DNA of 64,000 nucleotides, taken from assembly GCA_049840735.1 (NCBI GenBank), contig JASGJN010000023.1, positions 1-64,000 on the forward strand. Reading direction: 5' to 3'. This stretch comes from Anaeromyxobacter sp. Its GTDB lineage: Bacteria; Myxococcota; Myxococcia; Myxococcales; Anaeromyxobacteraceae. This document shows, piece after piece, positions 49,274-60,870 of this stretch (positions are counted from its first letter, which is position 1; each line of letters begins with the position of its first letter). Under the pieces are notes generated by a model. The model did no database searches, was not told the DNA's origin, and worked only from the letters and a program-made list of their open reading frames with translations. The translations under genes and the position numbers were made by a program.

Positions 49274-50932
49274 GTGCGCTTCGCCGATCTGCCCATCCAC
49301 CCCGCCCTCCGTGCCACCATCGACGCCCGCGGCTACGAGGAGCCGACCGCGGTCCAGGCCGCGGTGCTGGGGCCCGAGCTCCGAGGGCGCGACCTGCTGG
49401 TCTCCTCCCGGACCGGCTCCGGCAAGACCATCGCCTTCGGCATGGTGCTGGCCGACACGCTGATCGCCGAGGCGCCGACGTTCGGGCCGGCCGGGCCGCC
49501 CGCCGCGCTGGTGGTGGCGCCCACCCGCGAGCTGGCGCTGCAGGTGCAGCGCGAGCTCTCCTGGCTGCTGGCCGAGGCGGGGGCGCGCGTGGTGGCCTGC
49601 GTGGGCGGCATGGACCCGCGGCGCGAGGCGCGGCTGCTGGCCGCCGGCACGCACGTGGTGGTGGGCACGCCGGGGCGCCTGCGCGACCACCTCGACCGCC
49701 GCAACCTCGACCTCTCCGCGCTGGGCGTGCTGGTGCTGGACGAGGCGGACGAGATGCTGGACATGGGCTTCCGCGAGGAGCTGGAGGCGCTGCTCTCCGG
49801 CGCCCCGGCCGAGCGGCGCACGCTCCTCTTCTCGGCCACGCTGCCCAAGCCCATCCTCGAGCTGGCCAAGCGCTACACCCGCGAGCCGGCCCGGGTGGCC
49901 GCCACGCCGGCGGAGGCCCACGCCGACATCACCTACCGCGCCCACCTGGTCTCGCCGCGCGAGCGCGAGCACGCGGTCGTGAACGTGCTGCGCCTGCTCG
50001 AGCCGCGCAGCGCGCTGGTCTTCTGCAGCACGCGCGAGGGGGCGCACCACACCGGCGCCAGCCTGGAGGAGCGCGGCTTCGAGGCGGTGGCCATCTCCGG
50101 CGAGCTGACCCAGGCCGAGCGGCTGCGGGCGCTCAAGTCGCTGCGCGACGGCCGCGCGCGCGTGCTGGTGGCCACCGACGTGGCCGCCCGCGGCCTGGAC
50201 CTGCCCGGCATCGAGCTGGTGCTCCACGCCGACCCGCCCCGCGACCCGGCCGCGCTGCAGCACCGCAGCGGCCGGACCGGCCGCGCCGGCCGCAAGGGGC
50301 TGGCGGTGGTGCTGGCCGGGCCGTCCGAGCGCTACAAGCTCGAGTCGATGCTGCGCGCCGCGAAGATCCAGGCGGAGTGGCGCCCGGTGCCCACCGCCGA
50401 CGAGATCCGGGCCCGCGACGAGGAGCGGCTGGCCGCGGAGGTGGCGGCGCTGGCGGGCGAGGCCACCGAGGAGGAGCTGGCGGTGGCGCGGCGGCTGCTG
50501 GAGGAGCGCGCCCCGCTGCTGCTGGCCGCGGCCCTGGTGCGGCGGGAGCGGGCGCGCCTGCCCGCGCCGGAGGAGCTGCCCGAGACCGCCCGCGCCGCGC
50601 GCGAGGTGCCGGCCCACCGGGGCCCGCGCCCCGACGCCGCCACGCGCCGGGCCGCCAAGCAGGACGGGGTCTGGTTCCGGATCACGCTGGGGCGGGAGAA
50701 GAACGCCGACCCGCGCTGGATCCTCCCGCTGCTCTGCCGCCGCGGCGAGATCACCCGCGACGAGATCGGCAAGATCATCATCCTGCCCGGCGAGACCCGC
50801 TTCGAGATCACCAAGGCCGCCTCGGTGAAGTTCTCGAAGAACGCCCGCCGCCCCGACCCGCGCGCCCCCGGCGTGCGGATCGAGCCGCTGCGCGTCGGCG
50901 GCGACAAGCCGCCGGCGCGGTCGCGGAGCTGA
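49274..50932 (+). CDS. DEAD-box RNA helicase with DbpA-type RNA-binding C-terminus
   Basis: Q motif PTAVQ, TGSGKT, PTRELA, TPGR, DEAD, SAT, ARGLD, HRSGRTGRAG. Confidence 0.95.
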   Translation: MRFADLPIHPALRATIDARGYEEPTAVQAAVLGPELRGRDLLVSSRTGSGKTIAFGMVLADTLIAEAPTFGPAGPPAALVVAPTRELALQVQRELSWLLAEAGARVVACVGGMDPRREARLLAAGTHVVVGTPGRLRDHLDRRNLDLSALGVLVLDEADEMLDMGFREELEALLSGAPAERRTLLFSATLPKPILELAKRYTREPARVAATPAEAHADITYRAHLVSPREREHAVVNVLRLLEPRSALVFCSTREGAHHTGASLEERGFEAVAISGELTQAERLRALKSLRDGRARVLVATDVAARGLDLPGIELVLHADPPRDPAALQHRSGRTGRAGRKGLAVVLAGPSERYKLESMLRAAKIQAEWRPVPTADEIRARDEERLAAEVAALAGEATEEELAVARRLLEERAPLLLAAALVRRERARLPAPEELPETARAAREVPAHRGPRPDAATRRAAKQDGVWFRITLGREKNADPRWILPLLCRRGEITRDEIGKIIILPGETRFEITKAASVKFSKNARRPDPRAPGVRIEPLRVGGDKPPARSRS

Positions 50933-50974
50933 CGGGCCCGCCCGCCCCGGGGCCGGGGCGGGCGGAAGCCGGCA

Positions 50975-52846
50975 TCACTGGACCGTGAACGTCACCTCGG
51001 TCGCGCTCGCGAACGAGTAGAGGAACCCGGACACGGTGGCGCCGGTGACGTTCGGGACCATCTGGACGTTCGGGTCCGCCGAGAACGGGCCCGAGAACGA
51101 GAGCACCGAGCCGGTGTAGGCGCCGGGGCTGAGCGGGCTGCCCTCGTCCAGCAGCGAGGTCGGCGCGAAGGTCCGGTCGGTGCCCCAGTAGAAGGCGGCG
51201 TCGGCGTCGCTCGAGAGCGTGGCCCAGTAGAGCGGCGCGTAGCCGGGGTGGCCGGCGGTGGCGCTGTCGGTCCAGCGCGCGGTGAGGCCGCTGCCGCCCA
51301 CCGTGGCGCCGTCGGCCGGCGACTCCCAGGCCAGCTCGCCCACCACCTCCACCCAGCCGGCGCCGTCCACCGCGCCGTCGCCGTTCACGTCCACGGCGAG
51401 GTCGTACCGCTCGCCCGGCGTGAGCGCGGCCTGGAGCGTGTAGAAGCCGGTCTCCGCAGCGGCCAGCGGCAGCACGTGGGGCTGGCCGTCGGGGCCGGTG
51501 AGCGTGACCACCGCCGTGTCGGTCGGGACCGGGTCCAGGAGGTCGCCGTCAGGCCCGGGCAGCCCCTCCTCCACCGACACGAACCCGCCCGCCGCGTCGA
51601 GGACGCCGACCACGTGGTAGGCGAGCTGGCTCAGGACGCCGACCCGGATCACCAGCCGGTCCTCCGGCGTGCCCACCACCGCGGCGAGGCCGGCCGGGTC
51701 GCCCGCCACCGAGGCGCTCAGCCCCGCGCCGCCGGAGCAGGAGCGGGAGACCAGGCCGGTGAGCGGGAGGTCCGCCACCTTCCCGAACTCGATGTACTTG
51801 GCCCCGGGCATGCCGGTGAGGGAGCCGTCCACGTCGATGCCGGTCTGGTAGGCGACGATCTCCGAGCTGCCGTCGCGGAGCGCCACCAGCTGGAAGTCGC
51901 CGTTCGCGTCGCTGTAGGTGGCGGTGCCGGGGAAGGCCTCGACGCGGGCGTTGGGCAGCGGCTTGCCGTCCACGGCCGAGACCACCTTGCCGTAGAGGTC
52001 GGCGCAGTCGTTCCCCTCCGGCGCCGCGCCGTACCAGGAGAAGTGGCGGATGGCGGCGCGCAGCACGGGGGTGACGCCGTCCACGCTGGATCGGGACACC
52101 GTGCCCTCGACGAAGTCCTGCCACGCGCCGCTGTCCGGGCCGTAGGCGTAGCAGTGGATCACGGTGCCCAGCGGGTACTGCGCGCGGAGGCTGGGCGGGA
52201 TGGGCAGCTCCACCACCGCGCTGGCCGAGGACTTCAGATTGACGCGGCGGCCGCCCGGCTCGTAGAGGCTGAACTCGGCGAAGGTGACCGGGACCAGGAC
52301 GCTGCCGTTGTCACCCGCCGTGACGAGCTGGCCGGGCAGGACCGAGCGCTCCCGGGTCGGGTCCACCGGCGTGATGGTCACCTCCAGCCCGGTGGCCGTG
52401 GTGTCGAGGCTGTCCGGCGAGAGGATCAGGGCGTACGGGCCGGCCTCGGTCAGCTCGGAGAGCGTCGCCGCCTGGGCCGGATCGTAGGCCTGCCGCGCGC
52501 CCTCGCGCTTCAGGGCCACCAGCGCGGCCTCCGCGTCCTCGCCGGACCGGGCGAGGCCATAGGTGGGCGCGTAGCCGTCCAGCGTGAGCGTGAGCTTGAC
52601 CGCGCCGGCGGGCACGCCGGTGAGGGTGAACTCGCCGGCGTCGTCGGTGGTGGTGGTGCGGGCGCCGGCCGCGACGGCCACGCCGGCGAGCCGGCCGCCG
52701 GTGCCGGCGTCGGTGACCACGCCGAAGACCGTGTTGGGGGTGGTCGTGGGCGGGGTCGAGCTCCCGCCGCCACCACCGCCGCAGGCGGCGAGCAGCGCGA
52801 GGGAGAGGAGGGCGGCGGTGCGGGCGAGCGGGCTGCGATGCGTCAT
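50975..52846 (-). CDS. Lipoprotein with carboxypeptidase-regulatory-like (Ig/transthyretin-fold) domains
   Basis: LAAC + poly-Gly; GVVTDA.TG..LAGV.V; HFSWY; GKVV...DGKPLPNARV. Confidence 0.75.
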   Translation of the reverse strand: MTHRSPLARTAALLSLALLAACGGGGGGSSTPPTTTPNTVFGVVTDAGTGGRLAGVAVAAGARTTTTDDAGEFTLTGVPAGAVKLTLTLDGYAPTYGLARSGEDAEAALVALKREGARQAYDPAQAATLSELTEAGPYALILSPDSLDTTATGLEVTITPVDPTRERSVLPGQLVTAGDNGSVLVPVTFAEFSLYEPGGRRVNLKSSASAVVELPIPPSLRAQYPLGTVIHCYAYGPDSGAWQDFVEGTVSRSSVDGVTPVLRAAIRHFSWYGAAPEGNDCADLYGKVVSAVDGKPLPNARVEAFPGTATYSDANGDFQLVALRDGSSEIVAYQTGIDVDGSLTGMPGAKYIEFGKVADLPLTGLVSRSCSGGAGLSASVAGDPAGLAAVVGTPEDRLVIRVGVLSQLAYHVVGVLDAAGGFVSVEEGLPGPDGDLLDPVPTDTAVVTLTGPDGQPHVLPLAAAETGFYTLQAALTPGERYDLAVDVNGDGAVDGAGWVEVVGELAWESPADGATVGGSGLTARWTDSATAGHPGYAPLYWATLSSDADAAFYWGTDRTFAPTSLLDEGSPLSPGAYTGSVLSFSGPFSADPNVQMVPNVTGATVSGFLYSFASATEVTFTVQ

Positions 52847-54024
52847 CGGTGCTCCTGGGTGCGCGTCCCGGTGGCGCGCGGGGGTGGTCCGGGGACGACG
52901 GCCACGTCGAAGCTGAGGCCGTCGATGGGGAAGGCGCGGCGGACCTCGAGCCGGTCCGGGTCGAGGTCGAGCAGGTGCCCGTCGGTGCCGCCGGAGACGA
53001 CGTAGGCGGTCCGGCCGTCGGGCGAGAGCGCGGCGTGGGTGGGGTTGGGGTAGCGGCGCCCCTGCCCCTGCAGCGGCGCGGTCCGGGCGGTGCCCAGGGC
53101 GGGATCGAGGCGCGAGACGGCGTCGGAGTAGTGGCCCATCACCAGCACCTCGCCGCCGGGCAGCGGCGTGAGGCCCATGGGGCCGGGCGCCACCGTGAGC
53201 GGGGCCCCGGCGCCGGCAGGGCCGACCGGCGTGATGGTGTCGGCCTCGAAGTTGGACACCAGCGCGCGGCCGTCCGCCGCGAGCAGGGCCCCGGGGTCAG
53301 AGCCCACCAGGACGTCGCCGCGGGGCTCCAGCGAGGCCGCGTCCAGCCGGCGGATCACCGCCGGCGCGGTCGAGGGCGGGGTGGGGCGGAGCGCGACCAG
53401 CACCTCGTCCCCCGCGCGCGCCAGGGCCACCGCCTCGCGGGCCTCGCCCGCGGGCGCGAGCGGGATCCGGCGCAGGACGGCGCCTGAGGCCAGGTCCAGC
53501 TCGGCCAGCACGCCGCTCCGGACGTGCGCCACCAGCAGGCGCCGGCCGTCGGCGGACACCAGCAGCGCGAAGGGACGCTCGCCCGCGTAGCGCGGGAGCG
53601 GGCCGCCCGGCGCGCCATGGCAGTCGGCGCAGCTGGTGCGGGTGAAGGCCCCCTGGGTGAAGTGGCCCTCAATCCTCGTCCCGTCGTCGCGCGCCTCCGG
53701 GACCGGGCCGGTGAGGAAGGTGCGGCGGACGGTGGCGGTGGCCGGGTCGAGCTCCGCCACGGCCTGCGAGCCGGTCAGGACCACCAGCAGCGTCCCGGAC
53801 GGCGTGGCGAGGAGCTGGTGCGGGAGCATCCCCACCGGGATGCGCCGCACGGTCTCGCCGCTGGCCGGATCGATGACGGCCACGCTGCCGGTGGCGGTCT
53901 GGCTCACGTAGAGGTGGTGCGGCGCGGAGGAGCCCTCGCCTTCGCAGGCGGTGCCGGCCAGCATCGCCCCCGCCAGGGCGCCCGCGAGCGCCACGCCGAT
54001 GCCGCGACCACGATCCACGCGCAC
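52843..54024 (-). CDS. YncE/YVTN-type beta-propeller lipoprotein with a CxxCH motif
   Basis: LYVSQTATGSVAVID...RRIPVG..P; further blades; CADCH at 53617-53631; ATGA overlap with downstream gene. Confidence 0.75.
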   Translation of the reverse strand: MRVDRGRGIGVALAGALAGAMLAGTACEGEGSSAPHHLYVSQTATGSVAVIDPASGETVRRIPVGMLPHQLLATPSGTLLVVLTGSQAVAELDPATATVRRTFLTGPVPEARDDGTRIEGHFTQGAFTRTSCADCHGAPGGPLPRYAGERPFALLVSADGRRLLVAHVRSGVLAELDLASGAVLRRIPLAPAGEAREAVALARAGDEVLVALRPTPPSTAPAVIRRLDAASLEPRGDVLVGSDPGALLAADGRALVSNFEADTITPVGPAGAGAPLTVAPGPMGLTPLPGGEVLVMGHYSDAVSRLDPALGTARTAPLQGQGRRYPNPTHAALSPDGRTAYVVSGGTDGHLLDLDPDRLEVRRAFPIDGLSFDVAVVPGPPPRATGTRTQEHR

Positions 54025-54182
54025 ACTCCCGTCCCGTCCGGCACGCGCCGGTCCGCTTCCCAACCGTCGATGGGGTGAGCCCTTTCTTGTCGGGGCATGT
54101 GTGGAATTCTTCTCCTGCTTGGGTGCAGGGCGGCCGTGCAGCCAGTCGCCGGCCGCGCCGGGAGCGGCTAGATTCGCGGACC

Positions 54183-54608
54183 ATGTGGACCGTCGCGCCG
54201 CGCACCCTGGGGCAGGCCCTCGCCGCCGACGCGCTCTACCTGGCGGCGGTGGGGCTGTTCCTGGGCCTGCAGCGGCTGGGGCTGCGCCTGCGCCGCGAGG
54301 AGCACCAGGCCTGGTGGGCCGGCACCGGCCGCGACCTGCTCAACGTGGCCGGGCTGCTGGCCATCGGCGGCGCGTTGCACCTGCTGGGCCTGTCCTGGCC
54401 GGCCGCGCTGCTGGTGGGCGGAACGCAGACGCTGCTGCTGTTCGGGGTGGCGGTGTTCCTGGCCACGCAGACCAGCACGCGCCATCCGCTGGTCTGGTCG
54501 CTCCTGGCCGGGCTGCTCCTGTCGGTGCCGGTGCTGGGCTGGCGCGAGGAGGTGGTGGCCGGGTTCGGCGGGGTGGCGCTGGCGCTGTTCGGGGCGGCGG
54601 GGGGGTGA
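54183..54608 (+). CDS. Hypothetical membrane protein (about 4 TM)
   Basis: Hydrophobic helices; WWAGTGRDLLN. Confidence 0.65.
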   Translation: MWTVAPRTLGQALAADALYLAAVGLFLGLQRLGLRLRREEHQAWWAGTGRDLLNVAGLLAIGGALHLLGLSWPAALLVGGTQTLLLFGVAVFLATQTSTRHPLVWSLLAGLLLSVPVLGWREEVVAGFGGVALALFGAAGG

Positions 54609-54626
54609 GCCGGGTCCATCCCTGGG

Positions 54627-54673
54627 CTTCGACTCCGCGAGCCCTGTGGGCTCGCTACGCTCAGCCCGAACGG
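54627..54673 (+). repeat. REP-like hairpin element, copy 3
   Basis: CTTCGACTCC-GCGAGCCC-TGT-GGGCTCGC-TACGCTCAGCCCGAACGG. Confidence 0.85.
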
Positions 54674-54732
54674 ACCGACGAACCAGAGGCCCGAAGCCTG
54701 AGGCCCGCTCGCTCCCGCCGCGCCAAGACGAA

Positions 54733-54760
54733 GAGGCCGCCGGGTCTCCCCGGCGGCCTC
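54733..54760 (-). terminator. groEL intrinsic terminator
   Basis: GAGGCCGCCGGG-N4-CCCGGCGGCCTC, followed on the minus strand by TTCGTCTT. Confidence 0.75.
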
Positions 54761-54799
54761 CGATGACTCAGCGGTTCCGGCCTCGCGGCCGGAGCGGGA

Positions 54800-56494
<1,695 letters not shown>

Positions 56495-56791
56495 CTAGCC
56501 CTCGATCACGCCGAGGATGTCGTCCTCGCGCATGATCAGGTGCTCCTCGCCGTCGATCTTGATCTCGGTCCCGGCGTACTTGGAGAAGAGGATCCGGTCA
56601 CCGGCCTTCACGTCGAGCGGGCGGACCTTGCCGTCCTCCTGGACCTTGCCGTTGCCGACGGCGATCACCTTGCCCTCGATCGGCTTCTCCTTGGCGGTGT
56701 CCGGGATGATGATGCCGCCCTTCGTCTTCTCCTCCTCCTGCACGCGCTTCACGATGATGCGGTCCTGCAGGGGGCGGATCTTGGTGCTCAT
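56495..56791 (-). CDS. groS: Co-chaperonin GroES
   Basis: [34 protein letters not shown]. Confidence 0.99.
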   Translation of the reverse strand: MSTKIRPLQDRIIVKRVQEEEKTKGGIIIPDTAKEKPIEGKVIAVGNGKVQEDGKVRPLDVKAGDRILFSKYAGTEIKIDGEEHLIMREDDILGVIEG

Positions 56792-56862
56792 ACGTTCCTC
56801 CTCGCGGTGTCTGTCCCGCCCGACGCGGTGCGGCCGGGACGGTCGTAAGGTCGATGTGCCGG

Positions 56863-57041
56863 CTGGCAGTCAGATGGTCCGACTGCCAGCGGCGGGCGTA
56901 TCCTAACCACCGACCCAGGGCTGTCAAGCGAGCCCGTCCGTGTTGTACCTCTCCGGAAACAGGCGGTTTTTTCGAAATCACTGGCAGTCGACCCGATCGA
57001 GTGCTCACGCGCGGTTGGCACTCGCCTGTCCGCTCTGCTGA
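56863..57041. promoter_or_regulatory. Three CIRCE-like (HrcA) operators and the groES promoter
   Basis: CTGGCAGTC-N9-GACTGCCAG (56863), CTGGCAGTC-N9-GAGTGCTCA (56981), TTGGCACTC-N9-CTCTGCTGA (57015); minus-strand TTGACA-N16-TAGGAT (56927-56900). Confidence 0.85.
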
Positions 57042-57183
57042 CGGTGCGGGTCGTCGGTAAAAACCCCTTGTCCTACAGGGGCTTGTCTCTCTGGAAGGCC
57101 GGGCGTTACCGTTCTGGGTAGGAGCGCCGTCCGCTGGGAGGGCGGGGGGCGCCCGCCAGGCCGGCCGAGGAGGGTCAGACCGC

Positions 57184-57804
57184 GTGAGCGATGACGGGAT
57201 CCTGATCGGGAAGAGCGCGCACGAGTGGTTCCGCGAGATGGTGGGCGACGCCCTGTCGCACCGGAACCTGAAGGTCCAGGAGACGACCGAGTTCTACCTG
57301 GTCAACCTGCTGGCCAGCTTCCTCGAGTCGGAGCGGCTGTTCGTGGAGGAGCCGGACGGCACGGTCCGGGCGGAGCCGCTGGCGGTGATCCTCATGAACG
57401 CGCTCCGCTCCGAGCGGGCGGTCCGGACCCGCGAGCTGCGGCGGCTGGGCGACACCTCGCTGTTCGTCTCCGGGTTCTTCGGCGACTCGCTGGCCGGGTC
57501 GCTGGTCGACGTCGACTACTACATCGCCATGGGCGAGCGCGCCTACGGCACCCTGGCCAGCACCGAGCGCCGCCAGGGCGAGCTCTTCGGCGAGCTGGCG
57601 GAGCGCTTCCCCACCTTCGTGGACCTGTTCGCCGAGATCGCCGAGCTCTCCAACCTCCGCTCCAACCGCGGCCTGCTGAAGCTCTACGAGCGGTTCCTCA
57701 CCACCCGCTCGCAGCGCGTGGCCGAGCTGCTGCGCGAGCGCGGCGTGGCCCTCTTCGCCGGTCCTGGCGCGCCGCCCCGGGGGCCGGGAGGCCTCAAGCA
57801 TTGA
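57184..57804 (+). CDS. Hypothetical protein
   Basis: GC3-biased ORF after GAGGAGG; YLVNLLA, LRRLGD.SLF.SGFF.DSL, DYY..MG..AY. Confidence 0.8.
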   Translation: MSDDGILIGKSAHEWFREMVGDALSHRNLKVQETTEFYLVNLLASFLESERLFVEEPDGTVRAEPLAVILMNALRSERAVRTRELRRLGDTSLFVSGFFGDSLAGSLVDVDYYIAMGERAYGTLASTERRQGELFGELAERFPTFVDLFAEIAELSNLRSNRGLLKLYERFLTTRSQRVAELLRERGVALFAGPGAPPRGPGGLKH

Positions 57805-58484
57805 GCGCCAGCCCGCCGCGCCGCGCCGCCGAGACGACGCTGGGCTTCCTGCAGGACGAGCTGGAGGCCATCTACGGCGTCGAGGCGCCGCGCGTGCACG
57901 AGTTCCTGCTCGGGCGCGAGGCGGCCCGCGCCGCCGGCCGCGTGCCGCGCGCGCCGGAGGAGCTCTTGGTGCTGGAGGAGGAGGACGGCGTGGCGCTGGG
58001 GCTCTACCTCGACGACGAGGTGCTGGCCGCCGCGGCGGTGGCCAATCCCCACGACCGCCGCCCGCGCCTGACCGCCCGCGGCGCGCTCCGCCCGCTGGCC
58101 TGCGCCGCCGAGGGCGTCTCGCACTTCGTCTACCTGTCCACCCGCGCCGCCGAGGGGCGGCCGGTCTCGCTGCTGGAGCTGGAGGTCCAGGCCGAGGTGG
58201 ACAAGTTCGTGCTGCTGGTGCTCCACCTGTGGCGGCGCGGCCTGCGCCGCATGAGCCCGGCGCTGCGCCGCCGGCTCTTCGAGCGCGTCCGCTACCACGC
58301 CCACCTCGAGGCCGACGAGCTGCACCGCTACCGCGAGGCCAACCGGCTGGGCGGCGCTTACGCCAGGTTCCTGGAGGGGCGCTACGTCTCGGAGGCCGAT
58401 CTGGACGGCCTGCTGCGCGAGCTGCGGTGGAGCTACCGGCTGGGCGCGGGGGAGAAGCTGGGGTACCTCGGTAGCCACCATTAG
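57801..58484 (+). CDS. Hypothetical protein, coupled to the upstream gene
   Basis: TTGA overlap; EELLV.EE, EGVSHFVYL, SLLELEVQAEVDKF, RYREANR. Confidence 0.78.
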   Translation: MSASPPRRAAETTLGFLQDELEAIYGVEAPRVHEFLLGREAARAAGRVPRAPEELLVLEEEDGVALGLYLDDEVLAAAAVANPHDRRPRLTARGALRPLACAAEGVSHFVYLSTRAAEGRPVSLLELEVQAEVDKFVLLVLHLWRRGLRRMSPALRRRLFERVRYHAHLEADELHRYREANRLGGAYARFLEGRYVSEADLDGLLRELRWSYRLGAGEKLGYLGSHH

Positions 58485-58583
58485 TGCGGGGGCTGCGCCC
58501 CCGCCCCGCCGGCGAAGCCGTCGGGGCCCCACCCCTGCTGCGCTGGGTCCCGCCGGGGCCCCCGCCCCCTTTGCAGAAAAGCA

Positions 58584-58611
58584 GAGGGCGCGCCGTTGCG
58601 GGCGCGCCCTC
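58584..58611 (-). terminator. Hairpin downstream of rpoZ
   Basis: GAGGGCGCGCC-N6-GGCGCGCCCTC, followed by TGCTTTTCT on the minus strand. Confidence 0.7.
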
Positions 58612-58619
58612 GGAGCTGT

Positions 58620-58665
58620 CCGCTCGGCCTGAGCGTAGCGCCGCGCCAGCGGCGCGGAGTCGAAG
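58620..58665 (-). repeat. REP-like hairpin element, copy 4
   Basis: Reverse complement: CTTCGACTCC-GCGCCGC-TGGC-GCGGCGC-TACGCTCAGGCCGAGCGG. Confidence 0.85.
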
Positions 58666-58686
58666 GCCAGGCGTTGGCGGCTCGAC

Positions 58687-58953
58687 CTACCGCAGCGTGC
58701 GGGTCTGGCCGGCGGGCAGCGTGGCCTTCTCGGAGTCGTACTTGCCGGCCAGCGCCTCGCGGACCGAGCGGTCGAAGCGGACCTTGCCGGTGGCGATCTC
58801 GCGGAGCGAGAGGACGGGCGGCTTGTTCTTGGTGTCGGGCTGCAGCGGGCGGGCGCCGGCCATCAGCTGGCGGGTCCGCTTGGTCGCGAGCAGCACCAGC
58901 GCGAAGCGGTTGTCCACGAGCGGGAGGCAGTCTTCGACGGTGACGCGGGCCAT
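58687..58953 (-). CDS. rpoZ: RNA polymerase omega subunit
   Basis: [39 protein letters not shown]. Confidence 0.97.
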   Translation of the reverse strand: MARVTVEDCLPLVDNRFALVLLATKRTRQLMAGARPLQPDTKNKPPVLSLREIATGKVRFDRSVREALAGKYDSEKATLPAGQTRTLR

Positions 58954-59040
58954 CGGGCAACTCCTGACAGTTACGGACGAAATGCAAAAGCGCCGGAGGA
59001 CCGGCGGAGGGCGGAACATAATGCGGGCCGGGCGGCCCGG

Positions 59041-59595
59041 TCAACCACCGTTTGGCCCGGGCGGCCCCCCGCCGGGCTGGCCGGCGCGAAGTGCGGCCAG
59101 GTGTGCCTCCAGCTCGGCGCCGGCCTCGGCGGGCAGCACCAGCACCTCCCCGCGCGGCCCCAGCGCGAAGACGGTGCCGTCCGCGCCGTTGGTCTGCCCC
59201 AGGGCGAGCCGCTGCAGCTGGCCGCCGGGGCCGGTGAGCGTGAGCTGCAGCCGGGGATGGTCCAGGCCGTACCAGGCCAGGTTCCCCTTCCCAGGCGCGG
59301 CCAGCTCGACGCGGTTCCGGAGCGCCGCCAGCACGTCCAGCAGCGCCGGCACGTGCCCCGCGGACCCCGGCGGCGCACCCTCCCAGCCTTCGCCGGTCCG
59401 GCGCAGTCGCAGCGTGCCCTCCGCCCCCTGCGCGTCGAGCGCCACGGCCGCCGCCGGGTCGAAGGCCCACACCGTCGCGCCGCGCGCCGGCAGCCCGGCC
59501 CCGGCCTGCCAGCGCACCGCGAAGGCCACGATGGCCGCCACCGCGGCCACCACCGCCAGCCCCAGCGCCAGGCCCAGCTTCGCTCCCGTCCGCAT
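59041..59595 (-). CDS. Membrane-anchored DUF4340-like protein
   Basis: N-terminal [30 protein letters not shown]...DGTVFA. Confidence 0.65.
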   Translation of the reverse strand: MRTGAKLGLALGLAVVAAVAAIVAFAVRWQAGAGLPARGATVWAFDPAAAVALDAQGAEGTLRLRRTGEGWEGAPPGSAGHVPALLDVLAALRNRVELAAPGKGNLAWYGLDHPRLQLTLTGPGGQLQRLALGQTNGADGTVFALGPRGEVLVLPAEAGAELEAHLAALRAGQPGGGPPGPNGG

Positions 59596-59703
59596 CCGGC
59601 GACCATGCCACGCGCCGGCGCGCCGGGCGAGCGGCACCGCGGGGCGCGGTCCTTGCCGGCGCCCCGCCCCGGGGGCAGACTCGCCCGCGGTCCCGGAGGT
59701 CAC

Positions 59704-60866
<1,163 letters not shown>

Positions 60867-60870
<4 letters not shown>

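Noticed and set aside
49274..50932. Helicase as part of a defence system
   Set aside because: Ordinary DEAD-box/DbpA-type RNA helicase with no nuclease or methylase neighbours.
59600..59703. Lysine riboswitch upstream of lysC
   Set aside because: The intergenic gap is only about 110 bp and has no recognisable motif.
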